A program made the position numbers and the translations under genes. The notes under the pieces are model-generated. The model made no database searches. It was not told the origin of the DNA and saw nothing but the letters and a program-made list of their open reading frames with translations. This document shows positions 13,801 to 26,113 of a stretch of DNA of 64,000 nucleotides, one piece after another (the stretch's first letter is position 1; each line of letters starts with the position of its first letter). Source of the stretch: Rhizophagus irregularis (Eukaryota); assembly GCF_026210795.1 (NCBI RefSeq), contig NC_089431.1, forward strand, positions 3,534,001 to 3,598,000, given 5' to 3'.

Positions 13801-15177
13801 AGCCCATGGGCTGCACCAGTAGTAATAGTAGACAAGAAAGGAGGAGACCTGCGAATGTGTGTTGATTATAGACCGCTCAATAAAGTTACAAAACCTGACG
13901 CATATCCCTTACCTCGTATCGATGATTTGCTTGAATCCTTCAGAACTGCTAATTGGTTCTCTACATTAGACCTTGCTAGTGGCTTTTGGCAAGTGGAAAT
14001 GGATCCTAAAGACAAGGAAAAAACAGCTTTTATAACAGATTTTGGATTATATGAATTTAACGTCATGCCTTTTGGATTGAGGAATGCTCCAGGAACCTTC
14101 CAAAGGTTAATGAACTATGTATTACAAGAGTTTTTGGGAAAATTCGTGGCTGTTTATTTAGATGACATAATTATTTACTCAAAGACCTTTGAACAACATC
14201 TGGATAATATTACTCAAGTTTTCCAAGCGCTCAGAAATGCTAATTTAAAAATTAAGCTGAAGAAATGTTATTTTTGCCTTCCTAGTATTGCTTTCCTTGG
14301 ACATATCGTAGGAAGAGATGGTATAAGAGTTGATCCTTCAAAAATAGAGAAGATTAGAAATTTTCCTGCACCCACCTCTGTTACTGAAATTAGATCGGCT
14401 TTAGGATTATTCTCCTATTACAGAAAATTTATCAAGGATTTTTCTAAAATTGCGAAGCCTATCTCTAAGTTATTACAAAAAGAAACTCCATTTCAATGGA
14501 CAGAGAAGCAACAGAAAGCATTTGAACACCTGAAAGAAAGATTAATCTCAGCACCTATTTTGAGGTATCCCGACTTTGAACAACCTTTTATTTTATATAC
14601 TGATGCTTCTGGAACAGGATTAGGAGCTGTACTCTCTCAAAAAGATAAAGAAGGAAAAGAATATGTAGTTGCTTATGCAAGTAGAAGTTTAAATAAACAT
14701 GAACAAAACTATGCTGTAACAGACCTAGAATGTTTGGCTATTGTATGGGCAATTAATTATTTTCAGCATTATTTAGGATTATTACCTTTCTCAGTAGTTA
14801 CTGACCATTCTGCCCTCAAATGGTTACAAACTTCAAAAATTCCAACTGGAAGGAGAGCGAGATGGATTATGCAACTACAGCAATATGATTTTACTATTCA
14901 GCATAGAGCTGGAAAAGCCAATGCCAATGCAGATGCTCTCTCAAGAATTAATCCAACAGAAGAACCTATTAATTCAGCTGAATGTTTTCTAGCAATTATT
15001 GGCGAAGAAAAGAATATTTATGAAGTACAAAATGATGGATATAGTAGACCACAAAGAATTCCTAAGAAATTCAACATTATTCAACCTGAATTTAAACCTG
15101 AATATTTAATTAATGAACCATTTTGGGAACACTCTCAAAGGAAATATCGATTTAATTTCTTTTCCCATCTTTATTAA
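10840..15177 (+). CDS. Ty3/Gypsy Gag-protease-RT-RNase H polyprotein (no integrase)
   Basis: Gag PFSGKEDEDPIEWL...LRQGSNETV; CCHC knuckle CYRCGEKGHYTRDC; protease ILDSGA; RT MPFGLRNAPGTFQR and YLDD; RNase H YTDASGTGLGAVL, TDH, NADALSR. Confidence 0.96.
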   Translation: MTIQDHFEQQLQLTTRHTAQHLLNINPPTTVDHSCRICYPPPLVLPPAFQNFWNWISNYFFAVSYTSYTIRALPIFCQAFQLDNNRIKGLQVLILSSKLLFSIRYQQRPDPIRNLVFFFFNLTHRTNYFNNPVTPQLVAQLNTDIQTERNNNPNNLIDNPPVYNQNMADEAAITNALQTVFGNNAANLLSRGSNIAKIEPFSGKEDEDPIEWLAIFEKAAATNGWTTPERKLAVAASYLRGAASDWYDTNSATIGNHWESGQNTGNNFTDLFKKYFANDTCKNKWYQELLTLRQGSNETVNDYAAKFQRLLKRVDTTNAIPDAQKIRMFLFGLTPTITPMVHLQDANTLSDVIGNARKVETGLNYAHLGPSVTGIATKVATVLTTPAKTESPQMEAIEALTQQMQKLSLNYANLSSALLAQTQPIQPQPVRRIQPARYTQPNNLTQTFRPNRPRTDIRDIECYRCGEKGHYTRDCMSERNARRPQRRDAHYLETYEETYDSYDNYYEDEYYQDYYDDNYEEAEAYVTTRSRSQPTTNYRPKPKQPRAVENIISSESQQEQRLRRPQPRQNINIPMDEVIETTATPAVPPKRTVKRTPRMPSIIEQMPPYRISDDILNMPSSAKIGQLLKYNDQKKDFARILRRPPKTQETNYVDRISDSEEGDTRDTTAVKCAVRIKGDPVYAILDSGAAVCVITKSLARKLRLKITKPSNTIVVTADGTRNRALGQIEKVPIVIQTLLIPTTFHVIDSKDETLLLGTDWFRRTRAVLDFNNKSVQLTFLAKTILAPISIHIGEVPRYVSFQEEEIDNEIDEIFDEYEYEDDLIEKEIHLLNSESSEDEEIWEQWYQQPLNYNPWDEKEEIPDQYNLLEDILNDYLTEDDEDKTDNPALFLAQAEKGNEWNIQKDLHVGPLTDHQQTQFQQVLNNNEDICAKSQTDIGRTGLIKHQIHTGDAAPQARSPYRTNPKKKEFLREEIKKLEQQGMIKKSMSPWAAPVVIVDKKGGDLRMCVDYRPLNKVTKPDAYPLPRIDDLLESFRTANWFSTLDLASGFWQVEMDPKDKEKTAFITDFGLYEFNVMPFGLRNAPGTFQRLMNYVLQEFLGKFVAVYLDDIIIYSKTFEQHLDNITQVFQALRNANLKIKLKKCYFCLPSIAFLGHIVGRDGIRVDPSKIEKIRNFPAPTSVTEIRSALGLFSYYRKFIKDFSKIAKPISKLLQKETPFQWTEKQQKAFEHLKERLISAPILRYPDFEQPFILYTDASGTGLGAVLSQKDKEGKEYVVAYASRSLNKHEQNYAVTDLECLAIVWAINYFQHYLGLLPFSVVTDHSALKWLQTSKIPTGRRARWIMQLQQYDFTIQHRAGKANANADALSRINPTEEPINSAECFLAIIGEEKNIYEVQNDGYSRPQRIPKKFNIIQPEFKPEYLINEPFWEHSQRKYRFNFFSHLY

Positions 15178-15299
15178 ATTTTCTTTTTTTTTATTTTATT
15201 ATTTATTATTATTATTTATTTATTATCTATACAATTATCCAATTCAATTATTAACCAATTAAAACAACAAAACCTTTAATAATAATCAATCAAAACAAT

Positions 15300-16592
15300 A
15301 TGGAACTACAACAATACCAAAACCTTTATCAATATTTACAATCACAACAACTACCACCAAATTTAACAACACAACAAAAGCGCAAATTTATTAATTTTTC
15401 TAAAAATTTTATCATCAAAAATAACTTTATCTACAAAATAGACAAAAGACAACAAAACAATTTACTCAGAGTAATCAGAAACTATGAAGCAGAACCTGTT
15501 CTTTTTATGATGCATAATGATCCAACAGCTGGACATTTTGCTACAGATATAATGTTTGAGAAAATACGTTCCAGGTATTACTGGCCTCAAATGTATGAAA
15601 ATATAAGAGCGTATGTTCAAGCATGTGATCAATGTCAAAGAAGGGGAAAGTATAAAAGAACAGAACCATTACACCCAATACCTGCCTTTGAACCTTTTTA
15701 TCAAATTGGAATAGATATAGTAGGACCTTTACCATGCTCTAAAAAAGGTAATAGATATATTGTAGTCGCAATAGATTATTTAACAAAATGGCCTGAAGCG
15801 AAAGCCTTATCAGAAGCTACAGCAGAAAATGTTGCTACCTTTATTTATGAAAATATTATTTGTCAACATGGATGTCCTTCAAGAATTTTATCAGATAGAG
15901 GATCTCATTTCAATAATAAAATGATCGACAGTCTTACCCAGCGATTTCAAATTAAACATCATTTTTCTACTCCTTATCATCCACAAACAAATGGATTAGT
16001 GGAACGATTTAATAGAACACTATGCGAAGCTTTAGCAAAAACTGCAACAGATACTGATGAATGGGATTTATTTATCGCACCAATTTTATTTGCATATAGA
16101 ACCAGTAAAAATTCTTCAACAAAAATAGAACCTTTCTTTTTAGTATATGGACGATCAGCAAAATTACCAATAGATAATGATGATAATTTGTGTAATAATT
16201 CTGATACTTTATTAAAACGTGTCAAACATTTAATTGATGATGTACCACAAATCAGAGAAGAGGCACGTGTGCAGATCAATAAATCACAGCAGAAACAAAA
16301 GGATCGACATGACGCAAAATTAAAGAAAAATATTTCTTACCAAATAGGAGACAAAGTTCTTTATTTTAATGCAGCTAAAGAAAAACAATGGTCTGGAAAA
16401 TTAGACCCTAAATGGAAAGGACCATTTTACATCCATCAAGTTTTATTAAATGGATCATACAAATTAAGAACTTTGGAAGGACGAGTTTTAATAACTCCAG
16501 TTAATGGAACGTTACTTAAATTATATCATGATCGACAAAATTGGCAACCTATGGTTGTTATAAATAATATAAAAAGACTAGACGTTCAGTAA
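15300..16592 (+). CDS. Ty3/Gypsy integrase encoded as a separate ORF
   Basis: HHCC (HNDPTAGH...CDQC), GIDIVGP, SDRGSHF, HPQTNGLVERFN, GPF motif WKGPFYI; own ATG. Confidence 0.95.
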   Translation: MELQQYQNLYQYLQSQQLPPNLTTQQKRKFINFSKNFIIKNNFIYKIDKRQQNNLLRVIRNYEAEPVLFMMHNDPTAGHFATDIMFEKIRSRYYWPQMYENIRAYVQACDQCQRRGKYKRTEPLHPIPAFEPFYQIGIDIVGPLPCSKKGNRYIVVAIDYLTKWPEAKALSEATAENVATFIYENIICQHGCPSRILSDRGSHFNNKMIDSLTQRFQIKHHFSTPYHPQTNGLVERFNRTLCEALAKTATDTDEWDLFIAPILFAYRTSKNSSTKIEPFFLVYGRSAKLPIDNDDNLCNNSDTLLKRVKHLIDDVPQIREEARVQINKSQQKQKDRHDAKLKKNISYQIGDKVLYFNAAKEKQWSGKLDPKWKGPFYIHQVLLNGSYKLRTLEGRVLITPVNGTLLKLYHDRQNWQPMVVINNIKRLDVQ

Positions 16593-16611
16593 ATAAGAAA
16601 TAATTTTCAAA

Positions 16612-17013
16612 ATGACTCCAGTAGATATTTTCAACGATTTAATAGAAATTGAACCAATAGAAATAATTTTTCCTGTAGATCCTGTAAATGACGAATTATC
16701 ATCAGACCAAAAATTTATCCAATACTATCAATTATTACAAAGATATTCACGACTAAAAAGGAGACAATACACTTTATTTTATGCTTATAAACTTGGACAA
16801 TTATTAGAAAATCAAATATTATCACGTGCTCAGAAAACTTTATTTAGATCTAGAATGACGACACACTTTTATCAAGGATGTATTAGGACCTATCATATTT
16901 TTCTTAATATAGGAGTAGAACAAATATTTAGAACAAAATTAGTAACTTTTATGATGTTGAAAAAGTTAAAGTCACAAGAATTTCGATTATTATGTGGAGC
17001 TGAATTTAGTTAA
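16612..17013 (+). CDS. Extra ORF of the Ty3 element, unknown function
   Basis: 133-aa ATG-initiated ORF 19 bp after the integrase, with globular composition. Confidence 0.55.
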   Translation: MTPVDIFNDLIEIEPIEIIFPVDPVNDELSSDQKFIQYYQLLQRYSRLKRRQYTLFYAYKLGQLLENQILSRAQKTLFRSRMTTHFYQGCIRTYHIFLNIGVEQIFRTKLVTFMMLKKLKSQEFRLLCGAEFS

Positions 17014-17396
17014 TGATAATCCTTAAAATCGATAAATTAATCGTGAATGATTGACAAAATTAGAAATCAATGATGATCGACAAATCAAATTAGTTTTTAT
17101 GTTGAACAAACTGATCAAAAATGATCAGCATGAATATGCGACTCAATGCCCCAGAAAATTTACAAAATTTTGTGAAAAAAAAAAAAAAAAAATTTTTTTT
17201 ATCATATATATATTATATTTATTATATAACAAAATAATAAAAGATGATTACATAATAGAAAAGAAAATTATATGGAAGAAGGAGGATTACGAGAATTATC
17301 TCTATTTCTAAGCAAAACTATCATCCCTTCAGCCCTATAGTGTGCAGCATTTCTTTCCCGACGCAACCTATTGCAATTTTCCTTCAAAGCTGAAAT

Positions 17397-17969
17397 TTAC
17401 CGACGAAAAGCAAGATGTTCATTTACTCTCTCATTTTTAAGCCGTTGAATGAAATCGTCACGTTCCTGGATATCATTCAACATAATTTCATTCTCAGCGA
17501 CTAGTTGATACTGTTCAGAATTAGTAAGAGGAAGAGAAGCTTGTTGTTGTTCAACTAATTCGTCACGTGACGAAGCTTCTTGGAGTTGCTCCTGGAGTGA
17601 TGATAATTGTTGTTGCAGTTGTTGAACTTGTTGTTGAAGTTCTTGTTGCACCTGAGATTCTTGAGAAGATTTTATAATCGAAAAATCTTCTCGGACTTGT
17701 ACTTCCTCCTGAAGTTCTTGAACTTCTTGACGTAGTTGAATTATTTCTTCACGAAGTTCCCTGTTTTGAAGAAAAAATTCAGAGGCCACTCGAACTGCCC
17801 TTTGTGATAATTTTTGCGTTTCCTTTCCTTCTTCTTTTTCTTTCTTAGATTTGCGAACAAAAAATCGCTTATTATGGTTTTTTTGAGAACTACATTTATT
17901 TTTCTTTTTAGTTAGTCTGATACGTTCTCTTGGCGTAGATTTCTGGTTATTGTATTTCTTGTATACCAT
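17397..17969 (-). CDS. Antisense extra ORF of the Ty3 element (basic N-terminus, coiled coil)
   Basis: 190 aa; K/R-rich N-terminus followed by E/Q heptad-like coiled coil. Confidence 0.6.
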   Translation of the reverse strand: MVYKKYNNQKSTPRERIRLTKKKNKCSSQKNHNKRFFVRKSKKEKEEGKETQKLSQRAVRVASEFFLQNRELREEIIQLRQEVQELQEEVQVREDFSIIKSSQESQVQQELQQQVQQLQQQLSSLQEQLQEASSRDELVEQQQASLPLTNSEQYQLVAENEIMLNDIQERDDFIQRLKNERVNEHLAFRR

Positions 17970-18352
17970 GATGACGAGAAAAGAAAGGAGACGAGAAAAA
18001 TCTTAATTAGGTTACCAGATTTTCAACATTTATGGAAAAAAAACTTACAACAATTTTCTGATGATTTACCAGCCCATCCCGATCCCATAATTCATGATTT
18101 TCTTTTAAATTGATAATGAATTTCTTCCCAGGATCGATGTCACCCGTGTCCTGATCATTTGATGGCCACATTTGAGAAGGCTAATACCTTAGCTTTACAT
18201 GGACTTTGGTTCGTGTCCCTTTCGAGGGCCTACTGTTTTGGTATTACATGGATGACCAGTTTTTTTTCATTTAATAGCGGGTTGGGAGTGAAGTGAAAAG
18301 AAAAGATAAAATTTATTTGGCTTTAATTATTTTTCGTGGGAACTCAAAATTT

Positions 18353-18363
18353 AGTGAGGGAGA
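18353..18363 (+). promoter_or_regulatory. Polypurine tract
   Basis: AGTGAGGGAGA immediately before the 3' LTR. Confidence 0.7.
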
Positions 18364-18365
18364 TT

Positions 18366-18858
18366 TGATAACGAAGATTATGGCGCAGTAAAAATCACGT
18401 GATTTAAAAATCAGATGATTAATTAGTAGATCAATCATTATGTAATCAAATAATTTTGTAGATCTGATTAACGTTACAATTGTTATTTTTGTTATTTATA
18501 TTATTTATGTTATTTTTATTATTTTTATTATTTCTTTTATTTATTATATTTATTTTATTTACTTTATTTATTTTAGTTATATTATTTTCTTTATATTTTA
18601 TTTTTATATAAATATCTTTTGATTTTTCTTAAGTTAAAGTGTGTGTCAGTGTGTCAGATAAATAGAAAATAGATAGTATAAGTTAGGGATTAACTTGTAT
18701 TAACTATTTAATAAACTCTTATATTAAAAACGAACTGTGATTGTGTTATATTTTGCGTATTGTGTTTTTGCGTGTCTTGCTGATATAAACTACGTTATAG
18801 CTATTGACTCCCTAACGTTTAGTTATAGTTGACAGAGTCTGAGACGGACCTGTTAACA
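18366..18858 (+). repeat. 3' LTR
   Basis: Direct repeat of 10314-10806, followed by TSD ACGT. Confidence 0.95.
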
Positions 18859-20760
18859 ACGTATACTTGACTAGTAAAATATATAAAAGTTAAATCCTAA
18901 AATGATAATACATGAATTATATCAACAATTACATATTTATATATTACAAACTTTGTAACCATTAAATTCCTCATTAGTCAGGTTTAAAATTTTTGCAATA
19001 TTAATGTAAGCACCGGTTGGTTTGGAAATTGATACAGTTTCATCCACCACTTTTTCTAGAATTCTCTATATTTATAATTAAAACTTAATGTTAAAAAGAG
19101 ATCAAACTGCAATATAAATGCTAAAATTAACTTACATTTTGTTGAACAGGAAGATCTGACGATTTTTTTGATTGATTAAGAATGGTTATTTTATTTAATT
19201 TTTTGTTAGTAGCCATAACAAAAAAATCCAAATGTAATGAAGAGAAATTCAGATAGAATGAAGAAAACGAAGAAAAAAGAATGAATTAAATTTCTCTGAA
19301 TTTATATTAACTTGACGAGGTTTTTTTTTAAAAAAAAATATAGAAACATTAGCGATTTTTCCTAAAAAGGAAAGATAAACGAATAATTTTTTTTTTAAAA
19401 AAAAAGGCAGAAACATCATCGACATTTCTTAAAAAAGAAAAATACAACGATCAAATTTTTTTTCTAAAAAAAATTGATAGCGATATTGTGTACAAAAAAG
19501 GAATATAAAAGGGTTTTTATAACATCTATTTTTAGCTATTTCAACAGTTACGGTAGAGTTTTTTAAATAAAGAATAATAAAATGAATAAACGATACAAAT
19601 TATTATAACAAATTATTATAATCGTGCGTGACTTAATAAAAATATGAAGATTTTCCACTAGATTTAGTATTAATATTTTTTGGGAAGTTGTTTCCTATTT
19701 TTTTTTTTTTTTTTTTTTAAAAAAAAAAGTAGAAACATTATCGATTTTCTTAAGATTTTTTAAAAAAAATTGACAATATTTGACAGCAATATTGTATACA
19801 AAAAAGGAATACAAAAGTGACAATATTTGACAGTAATATTGTATACAAAAAAGGAATACAAAAAGGGGTTTTTCATCATAAGACTTCAACCGAAGACCAA
19901 AGTTTCTTAAAGCGATCTTTTTTTTTAAAAAAAAAAAAAAGAACAATCTTTTTTTAAAAAATGACAGCATTCAAAGTACAAAAAAGGAATACAAAGGAGG
20001 TTTTCATATCTATTTTAAAATTACACAGCCATTTTATCATAAGATTTTAACCCCTATAAAAAATTTTTATCCGAATTTTTCCATTATTTCTCCGTGTCTT
20101 CCGTGTCTTCCGTAAAAATTCCGTGAAAATGATACATTCACGGATATCGAGATGAAAATTTCCATGATTTAAAGCTATTTTTACAGGAATGTAATACTTA
20201 TTTAAAATAATAGTTATTTAATTTGATGAATAATTGTTGACGTAAAAATATATTTTTTTTGACGACAAAAAAATAGTGATAGTATTACTGTAGATTAAGT
20301 GTTAGATCCTCGAACGAGGATAATTTTTTTTAAGATGATTAATCCGTCGTTAATCGCAACGAAATAAATGGGTGTGTAACACTGGTGTAAAGATGTATGT
20401 AAAGAGATATGTATAATGCTTTTTTTTTAAAAAAAAAATAGGCAGAAACATTATCAATTGTTCTTAAAAAAAAAAAATCTTTTTTTTAATACAATATTCG
20501 AAGTACAAAAAAGGAATACAAAAGGAGTTTTCATCTATTTTTAAATTACACAGCCATCTTAAAACGACAGGAATATTTGTGTACAAATTATTCCGAATAA
20601 AGATAAATCAAAATTTTTTAGCTTATAAAATCTGAAACATAAATTTTATGCAGTGTGAAAAAAAAAAGTATTTTAGTTTTTAATTTTTATAAATCTTGTA
20701 TAGTGTAAAAAAAAAGTGTTTATTTTTTATAAATTGTGAAAAAAAAGTATTGGAAAAAAA

Positions 20761-23700
20761 ATGTCGAATAATAAAGTATTATGTATATGTTCCAAATGTA
20801 AAAAAAAAGGATCAGATAATATTGGTAAATATGTGCATCCTACTACCAAATGGAGACATATTAAAAATGCAAAAAAGAATTATAATTTTAGCGACAACGA
20901 TGATGATAGCGACGACGACGATAGCGATAATGATGATAATAATAATAATAATAACGATCATGAGGATGATAATAATGATAACGATAATGATGATAATAAT
21001 AACGACCACGACAAAGACCACGATGACGATAACGATCACGATGACGACCACGATAATGATGGCGATAATGATGATAATAATAACGACTACGACGATAATA
21101 ATCATGATGATAATGATGTAGAATATAAACAGTAAGTATTAAGGAGAATATTTCTGTTATTCGTTAACTAATAATGATTATTAAATGTTTTATATTATAT
21201 TTTAATTGTAATGATGATAGGAGGAATGAATTTGATAATAGATCTTCAAGATCTCCTACTCCCGTTCTCATGGTAATTGATGATGATTGCTATGATGACA
21301 ATCAAGAACACCATGACAATCGTGACAATTCTGATGAAAAAACAGAATCATCAACTGCAACTGAATCTGAATCTTATGAAAGTTTATATGATTCTTTTGA
21401 TGATAATAATACGTTTGAAGTATTACAAAAAGGACTATATAGTAGCGATAATGAATCATCTGATGACGGTATTAATTTAACAGAAGGTAATATACGCAAT
21501 ATTTATTTATTTATTTAAAATTATTTATTATTAATGCAAATACATATTATTTGTAGGGTCTAATATTGTAGGGTCTAATATTAATAGTATTAATGATGAA
21601 GTTGCTAGAGGTTTACGTCTTCTTGAAGTAAAAACTCGACGAAATATTACTGATGCAGCCTTTAAAGAAATTGTTACTGCAGCTAGTGGTAATTTTACAA
21701 GTCAATATACACTAATAAAAACACTTAAAAATATAGTTCCTATTAAACCAATTTGGGTTGATATGTGCATAAATTCATGCTGCGCTTTTACTGGTAATTT
21801 GGAAACATTAAATAAATGTACCTATTGTAAAGCTGAACGTTATCAAGAAGGAGGACGACCAAGAGCACAAGTAGCATATTTTTCAATTCAGAATCGATTT
21901 AAAATTCAATATCAAGATCCAACACGCGCAAAACAATTACGTTATCGTTCTGAATATATTACCAGAGAAGATAATGGTGCTATTGGCGATGTATTTGACG
22001 GCTCACAATATAAATATCTATCCCAAGAGGGATATTTTCAAGACGATCGTGATATTGCACTTTTAGGTTCTGTTGACGGTTATCAACTATTCAAACAAAA
22101 ATGTGATGATTGTTGGATAGTTTTATTTATTAATGCTAATTTGCCACCCCATCAACGTGTAAAAAAAGAAAATTTACTTATTACTTCAATCATCCCGGGT
22201 CCTAAAGCTCCAAAAAATTTTAATTCTTTTATGAAACCAATAGTTGAAGAATTATGCTTATTAAATGGTAATTTTAATTACATACATTATGATAAAACTT
22301 AATGATAAAAAAAATATATTAAAAATAATTGTAAATTTGTAAATTTGTAGATGGTGTTGAATGCTATGATGGTGCTACGAATGAGAATTTCCTCTTAAAA
22401 GTTACGGTACTTTCCTGGTCTGGAGATACTCCTGGATTGTCAAAACTTGCTTGCTTAACTGGACATAATTCATACATGGCATGTCGTTACTGTGATCTTC
22501 GTGGGATATATAATAATCATGTATATTATCCTACAACACCACCACCATCAATTGAAACATATAAAACTTATAATCCATCAGATTTACCAAAAAGAACTCA
22601 TAGAGATTATATGATAAGAATTGAACAAATAACGACAATACCGCCATCAAGAACACGCGATACATTAATTTCTGATTTAGGTAAATAATAAATCTATTGC
22701 AACATAATTTTTTTTACTATAAAATTAATAATTATTATTTTGAAATAGGTGTTACAGGACGTAGTGTTTTATTAGAAATAGAAACAACTCGATTTCCTAC
22801 ATGTTTTCCAATAGATATTATGCATTTGTTTTATGAAAACATCGCATTATATATGTTAAAACATTGGATGGGTTGTTTTTTTAAAGATTCTATTCTTAAT
22901 GATCAGCCATATGTAATTAACAACAAACAATGGACTGAGATTGGGATTGAAATGGAAACCGTAAGAAAATCCATTCCAACTGATTTTGGTCGACCACCAC
23001 GAAATATCTTACATCACCATAATGGTTACAAAGCAGAGGAGTGGGCTTCATGGATAACCTTATATTCTTTACCTTTATTAAAAGATCGTTTGCCGGCAAA
23101 TTATCTTAAAGGTTGGTCCTTTTTTGTTAAAGCTGTTCAGCTTTGTCAAAAACGAGTATTATCTTTACATGATCAAGAAGAAATAAGGAAATTATTATTG
23201 CTATTTTATCAACATTATGAACGGTATATATATTACAACATTTATTTTATTTATTGAATTATTGTTCTTTTATTAAAATAATATTATTTTTAGTTATTAT
23301 TATCAGTTTTTGGCTGCCCGACTAAGTGTAATGAAAGTATGCTTTCATTATATTTTACATGTTGCTGATAGTATTCAGGATACTGGACCATGTTGGTCAA
23401 CATGGCAGTTTCCTATGGAACGTACTTGTGGAATGTTACAACCGCTAGCAAAATCACGCCTCCATCCATATAAAAATCTAACAAACAATGTATATTTGTT
23501 AGAATTATTTAATAATTTGTGTTATTTTAGAAAATTTTATGACCAGATCTTTCCTCCTATATCTGATAAAAAATATAAAGAGCACTTGGTTTATACAAAT
23601 GAGAATTATGAAGAAGAATTTCAATGGCCTTCTAAACCATATACTCTTACATTCCAAGAAGTTAAAAAAATAAAAGATCATTTATGTGTAATAGATGATC

Positions 23701-24302
23701 GTGCATCAGAAATGCGATTAAATGTATGTATTATTTTATTTTATGTTATTTTATTTTCAATTTTAAAATTAAATATTGACTAATATTTACATTTTTTACA
23801 TTTTTTAGGATTTTGAAACTAACGGAACAAAATTTGGTCGTTTAATAACTTCCGATGGTCGAGTAATTGGGTCAGAATGGATACGTAGAAATAAAGACTG
23901 GGCACGAATTAATTACACTGTTTTGGTTAGTATTTAATGCAATATAATCATTTATTAATTTTGTAAATTAATTTTGTAAGTTTTATTTAATAATTTTCAT
24001 TTTAGACCCGTTTAGAAATTGACAAATGGGCTCACTTACCAAGTGCAATCCCAGAATTCGTAACTAAATCATTTTACGCCCAGGTTAATTATTATTTTTT
24101 ATACGGGTATATGGATCAGAAAATAATGCTAGCGAACGTAACATGGACAAATGAAGTTAATGAAGATTCATTAGGTACAACTTCCTTTGTAGGTGATGGT
24201 TCTACACAATTTATTGATGTTACTGCAATCAATAGATGTGTAGGTTTTATGAAATTGGGACGTAAAACATATATTATTGATAAGGAATGTATGGAAGAAT
24301 AG
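20761..24302 (+). CDS. CACTA/EnSpm transposase (Transposase_21/DUF4218-like), multi-exon
   Basis: N-terminal CxCxxC...H, D/N-rich linker, DMCINSCCAF...CxxC...RY, DVFDG, VDGYQLF, PGPKAP, GDTPG...GHNSYMACRYC, DIMH, KAEEW, WQFPMER; exons separated by short GT-AG introns. Confidence 0.9.
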
Positions 24303-25148
24303 AAATAAACAATTTAATTAAAAATTGTCAAATAATCTGAAATTGTATTACGCGCGATGTGTATGTCGGATTTCTTAAATAAAACTTTCTTAAATAAAAC
24401 TGTAGGAAAAATTCTTATTAGTTCTTTTTGTATTGTAAATTTTATAACGCCCTATATTATACGTAATTTCAATCTAATAAAATTAGAAATAAACGTCTGC
24501 CTTACTTGCCGTTAAAATCTGAATAAGTATTTGCAATAGTTCTCAAATAAGTATAGAATTCTTTACCGATATCTGGACTAATAACAGACGTATTTATTAT
24601 AACAGACTGCATAGACGACGTATTGTAATGTATTATAATAACGTTTATAAATAAAATTGTTTATAGTTAAATATAACAATTAGGCAGGCATTCATTTGGC
24701 CAATTTAGCCTTTATAATAAAAATCGCGTTAATATTATAGCAATGATAATAATATAAAAATTTTTTTTATTAAAATGAATAATATTAATTAATTAATTAT
24801 TAAAACGTTAATATATACTAAGAAATAAGCAATAATTATAATAATATGAAATTAATTAATTAACATCAAGCCTCGCAATTTAATTAACATTAATTAATCA
24901 TCGTCGATTTCCCAAATTGCGAGGCTTGCGAGGCTTGATTGAGAACCTCCTTCTTCTTCCTCAAATATTTGAACCACTTCCTGTTCCTGATCCTGCTGCT
25001 GCTGTTGCTGTTGCCTTTGTTGATCCTGCTGTTGCTGTTGCTGTTGCCTTTGTAATTTTTGATCCTGATCCTCCTGATTCTGATCTTGATCCTGCTGCTG
25101 TTGTTGTTGGCTAAGTAATTTTTTTTGATCCTGATCTTGATCCTGATT

Positions 25149-25724
25149 CTAATCCCGATCCCGATCCCGATACTGCCAATTCTGATCCCGCTGCTGTTGC
25201 TGTTGTTGTGTTTGTGACCGTTGCCGTTGCAATTGTGTTTGTGACCGTTGGAATTGCAATCCTAAAAATATTATTTAGAATTTAATATTATTTAGAATTT
25301 AAAAAAGAAATTAAAACACTTTACAAGATGATTCAAAAGTTAATACTTGGTTTTTTCCAAAACTTATTTCTGAATTCTAAATAATATCTTTCCCCGTTTC
25401 TTGTTATTTTTCCCCTCGGATCCTTAATAATAGATAATTCCATACTCTAAAGATTATAAATTAGTAAATTAGCCTACATTTGAAGAGATAATGACAATAT
25501 TGTATAATATTATATTGAATATTTACCCGGCAATCCTTTACAATACCATGGAATTTTTCGCTCGCTTGACGTCCAGTATAAACTGTTTTGAATCTTTGGT
25601 TGATTTTTCCAGCGGTTGAGATCCACCAAGCTCGCTTGCAATTACTACCGCCAAGCGAGTGGTAATGTGCATTACCTTCTTTCCTTTCATCGATGAGCAT
25701 TCTTACTTCGTCGTCGGTCCACAT
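25149..25724 (-). CDS. Myb/SANT-like (trihelix) DNA-binding protein inside the CACTA element, 3 exons
   Basis: WTDDEVRMLI...WISTAGKIN...YTGRQASEKF; exon 2 SMELSIIKDPRGKITRNGERYYLEFRNKFWKKP; Q/R-rich last exon. Confidence 0.7.
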
Positions 25725-25994
25725 AATGTTAATTGAAATTGAAATATTTTTTTTTTTTGAAGAAAAAAAAATTTTGAATTAATTTTTTTTAAAAAAAAAA
25801 TGTAAAATGGAAACGAATGAATTTGATTTAATTTTTTTTTCATAAATTAAATAATACTTACGTTTTAATGATGTAATAAATATCAATAAATTAAAAAAAG
25901 TCTAATAAATAATATTACTTATTAATGATGTAATGAATTACTACGCTGATTGATCAAATTGAATTACTTATGTTTATGTGTAATTCTGCAATTT

Positions 25995-26113
25995 TACCCG
26001 CGACTCACCCGTGACTCACCCGCAATAATATAATACTTATAATATACTGAACACCGCGACTCACCCGCGACTCACCCGCGACTCACCCGTGACTCACCCC
26101 GTGACTCACTCGC
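25995..26113. repeat. GACTCACCCG(C/T) tandem motif cluster
   Basis: About 7 copies of an 11-bp unit, upstream of the Myb-like gene. Confidence 0.7.

Larger units (their letters stand above)
10314..18858 (+). mobile_element. Ty3/Gypsy LTR retrotransposon, full length, young
   Basis: Two 493-bp LTRs (TG...CA) with only one substitution noticed by eye; 4-bp TSD ACGT; PBS, PPT, gag-PR-RT-RH and integrase. Confidence 0.96.
9518..19216 (-). pseudogene. Multi-exon CACTA accessory gene (basic, unknown function), interrupted in an exon by the Ty3 element
   Basis: GT-AG exons read MATNKKLNK..., NSRKKWWMKLYQFPKPTGAYINIAKIL..., SSIR|DLIEAYIDVETSWEKQERRAILKIIEK (LTR element at |, TSD ACGT), FKGNNSHFPKTTGDWAIKELFRRS..., then K/N/D/T-rich repeats (9518-9781). 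The 3' end is uncertain. Confidence 0.65.

Noticed and set aside
19320..20570. Repeated TACAAAAAAGGAATACAAAA blocks
   Set aside because: Local duplications in the CACTA intergenic region; no evidence for a separate element or RNA gene.
20696..21135. Ile/Met/Val-rich ORFs overlapping the transposase first exon
   Set aside because: Alternative frames of a GAT/AAT low-complexity tract.
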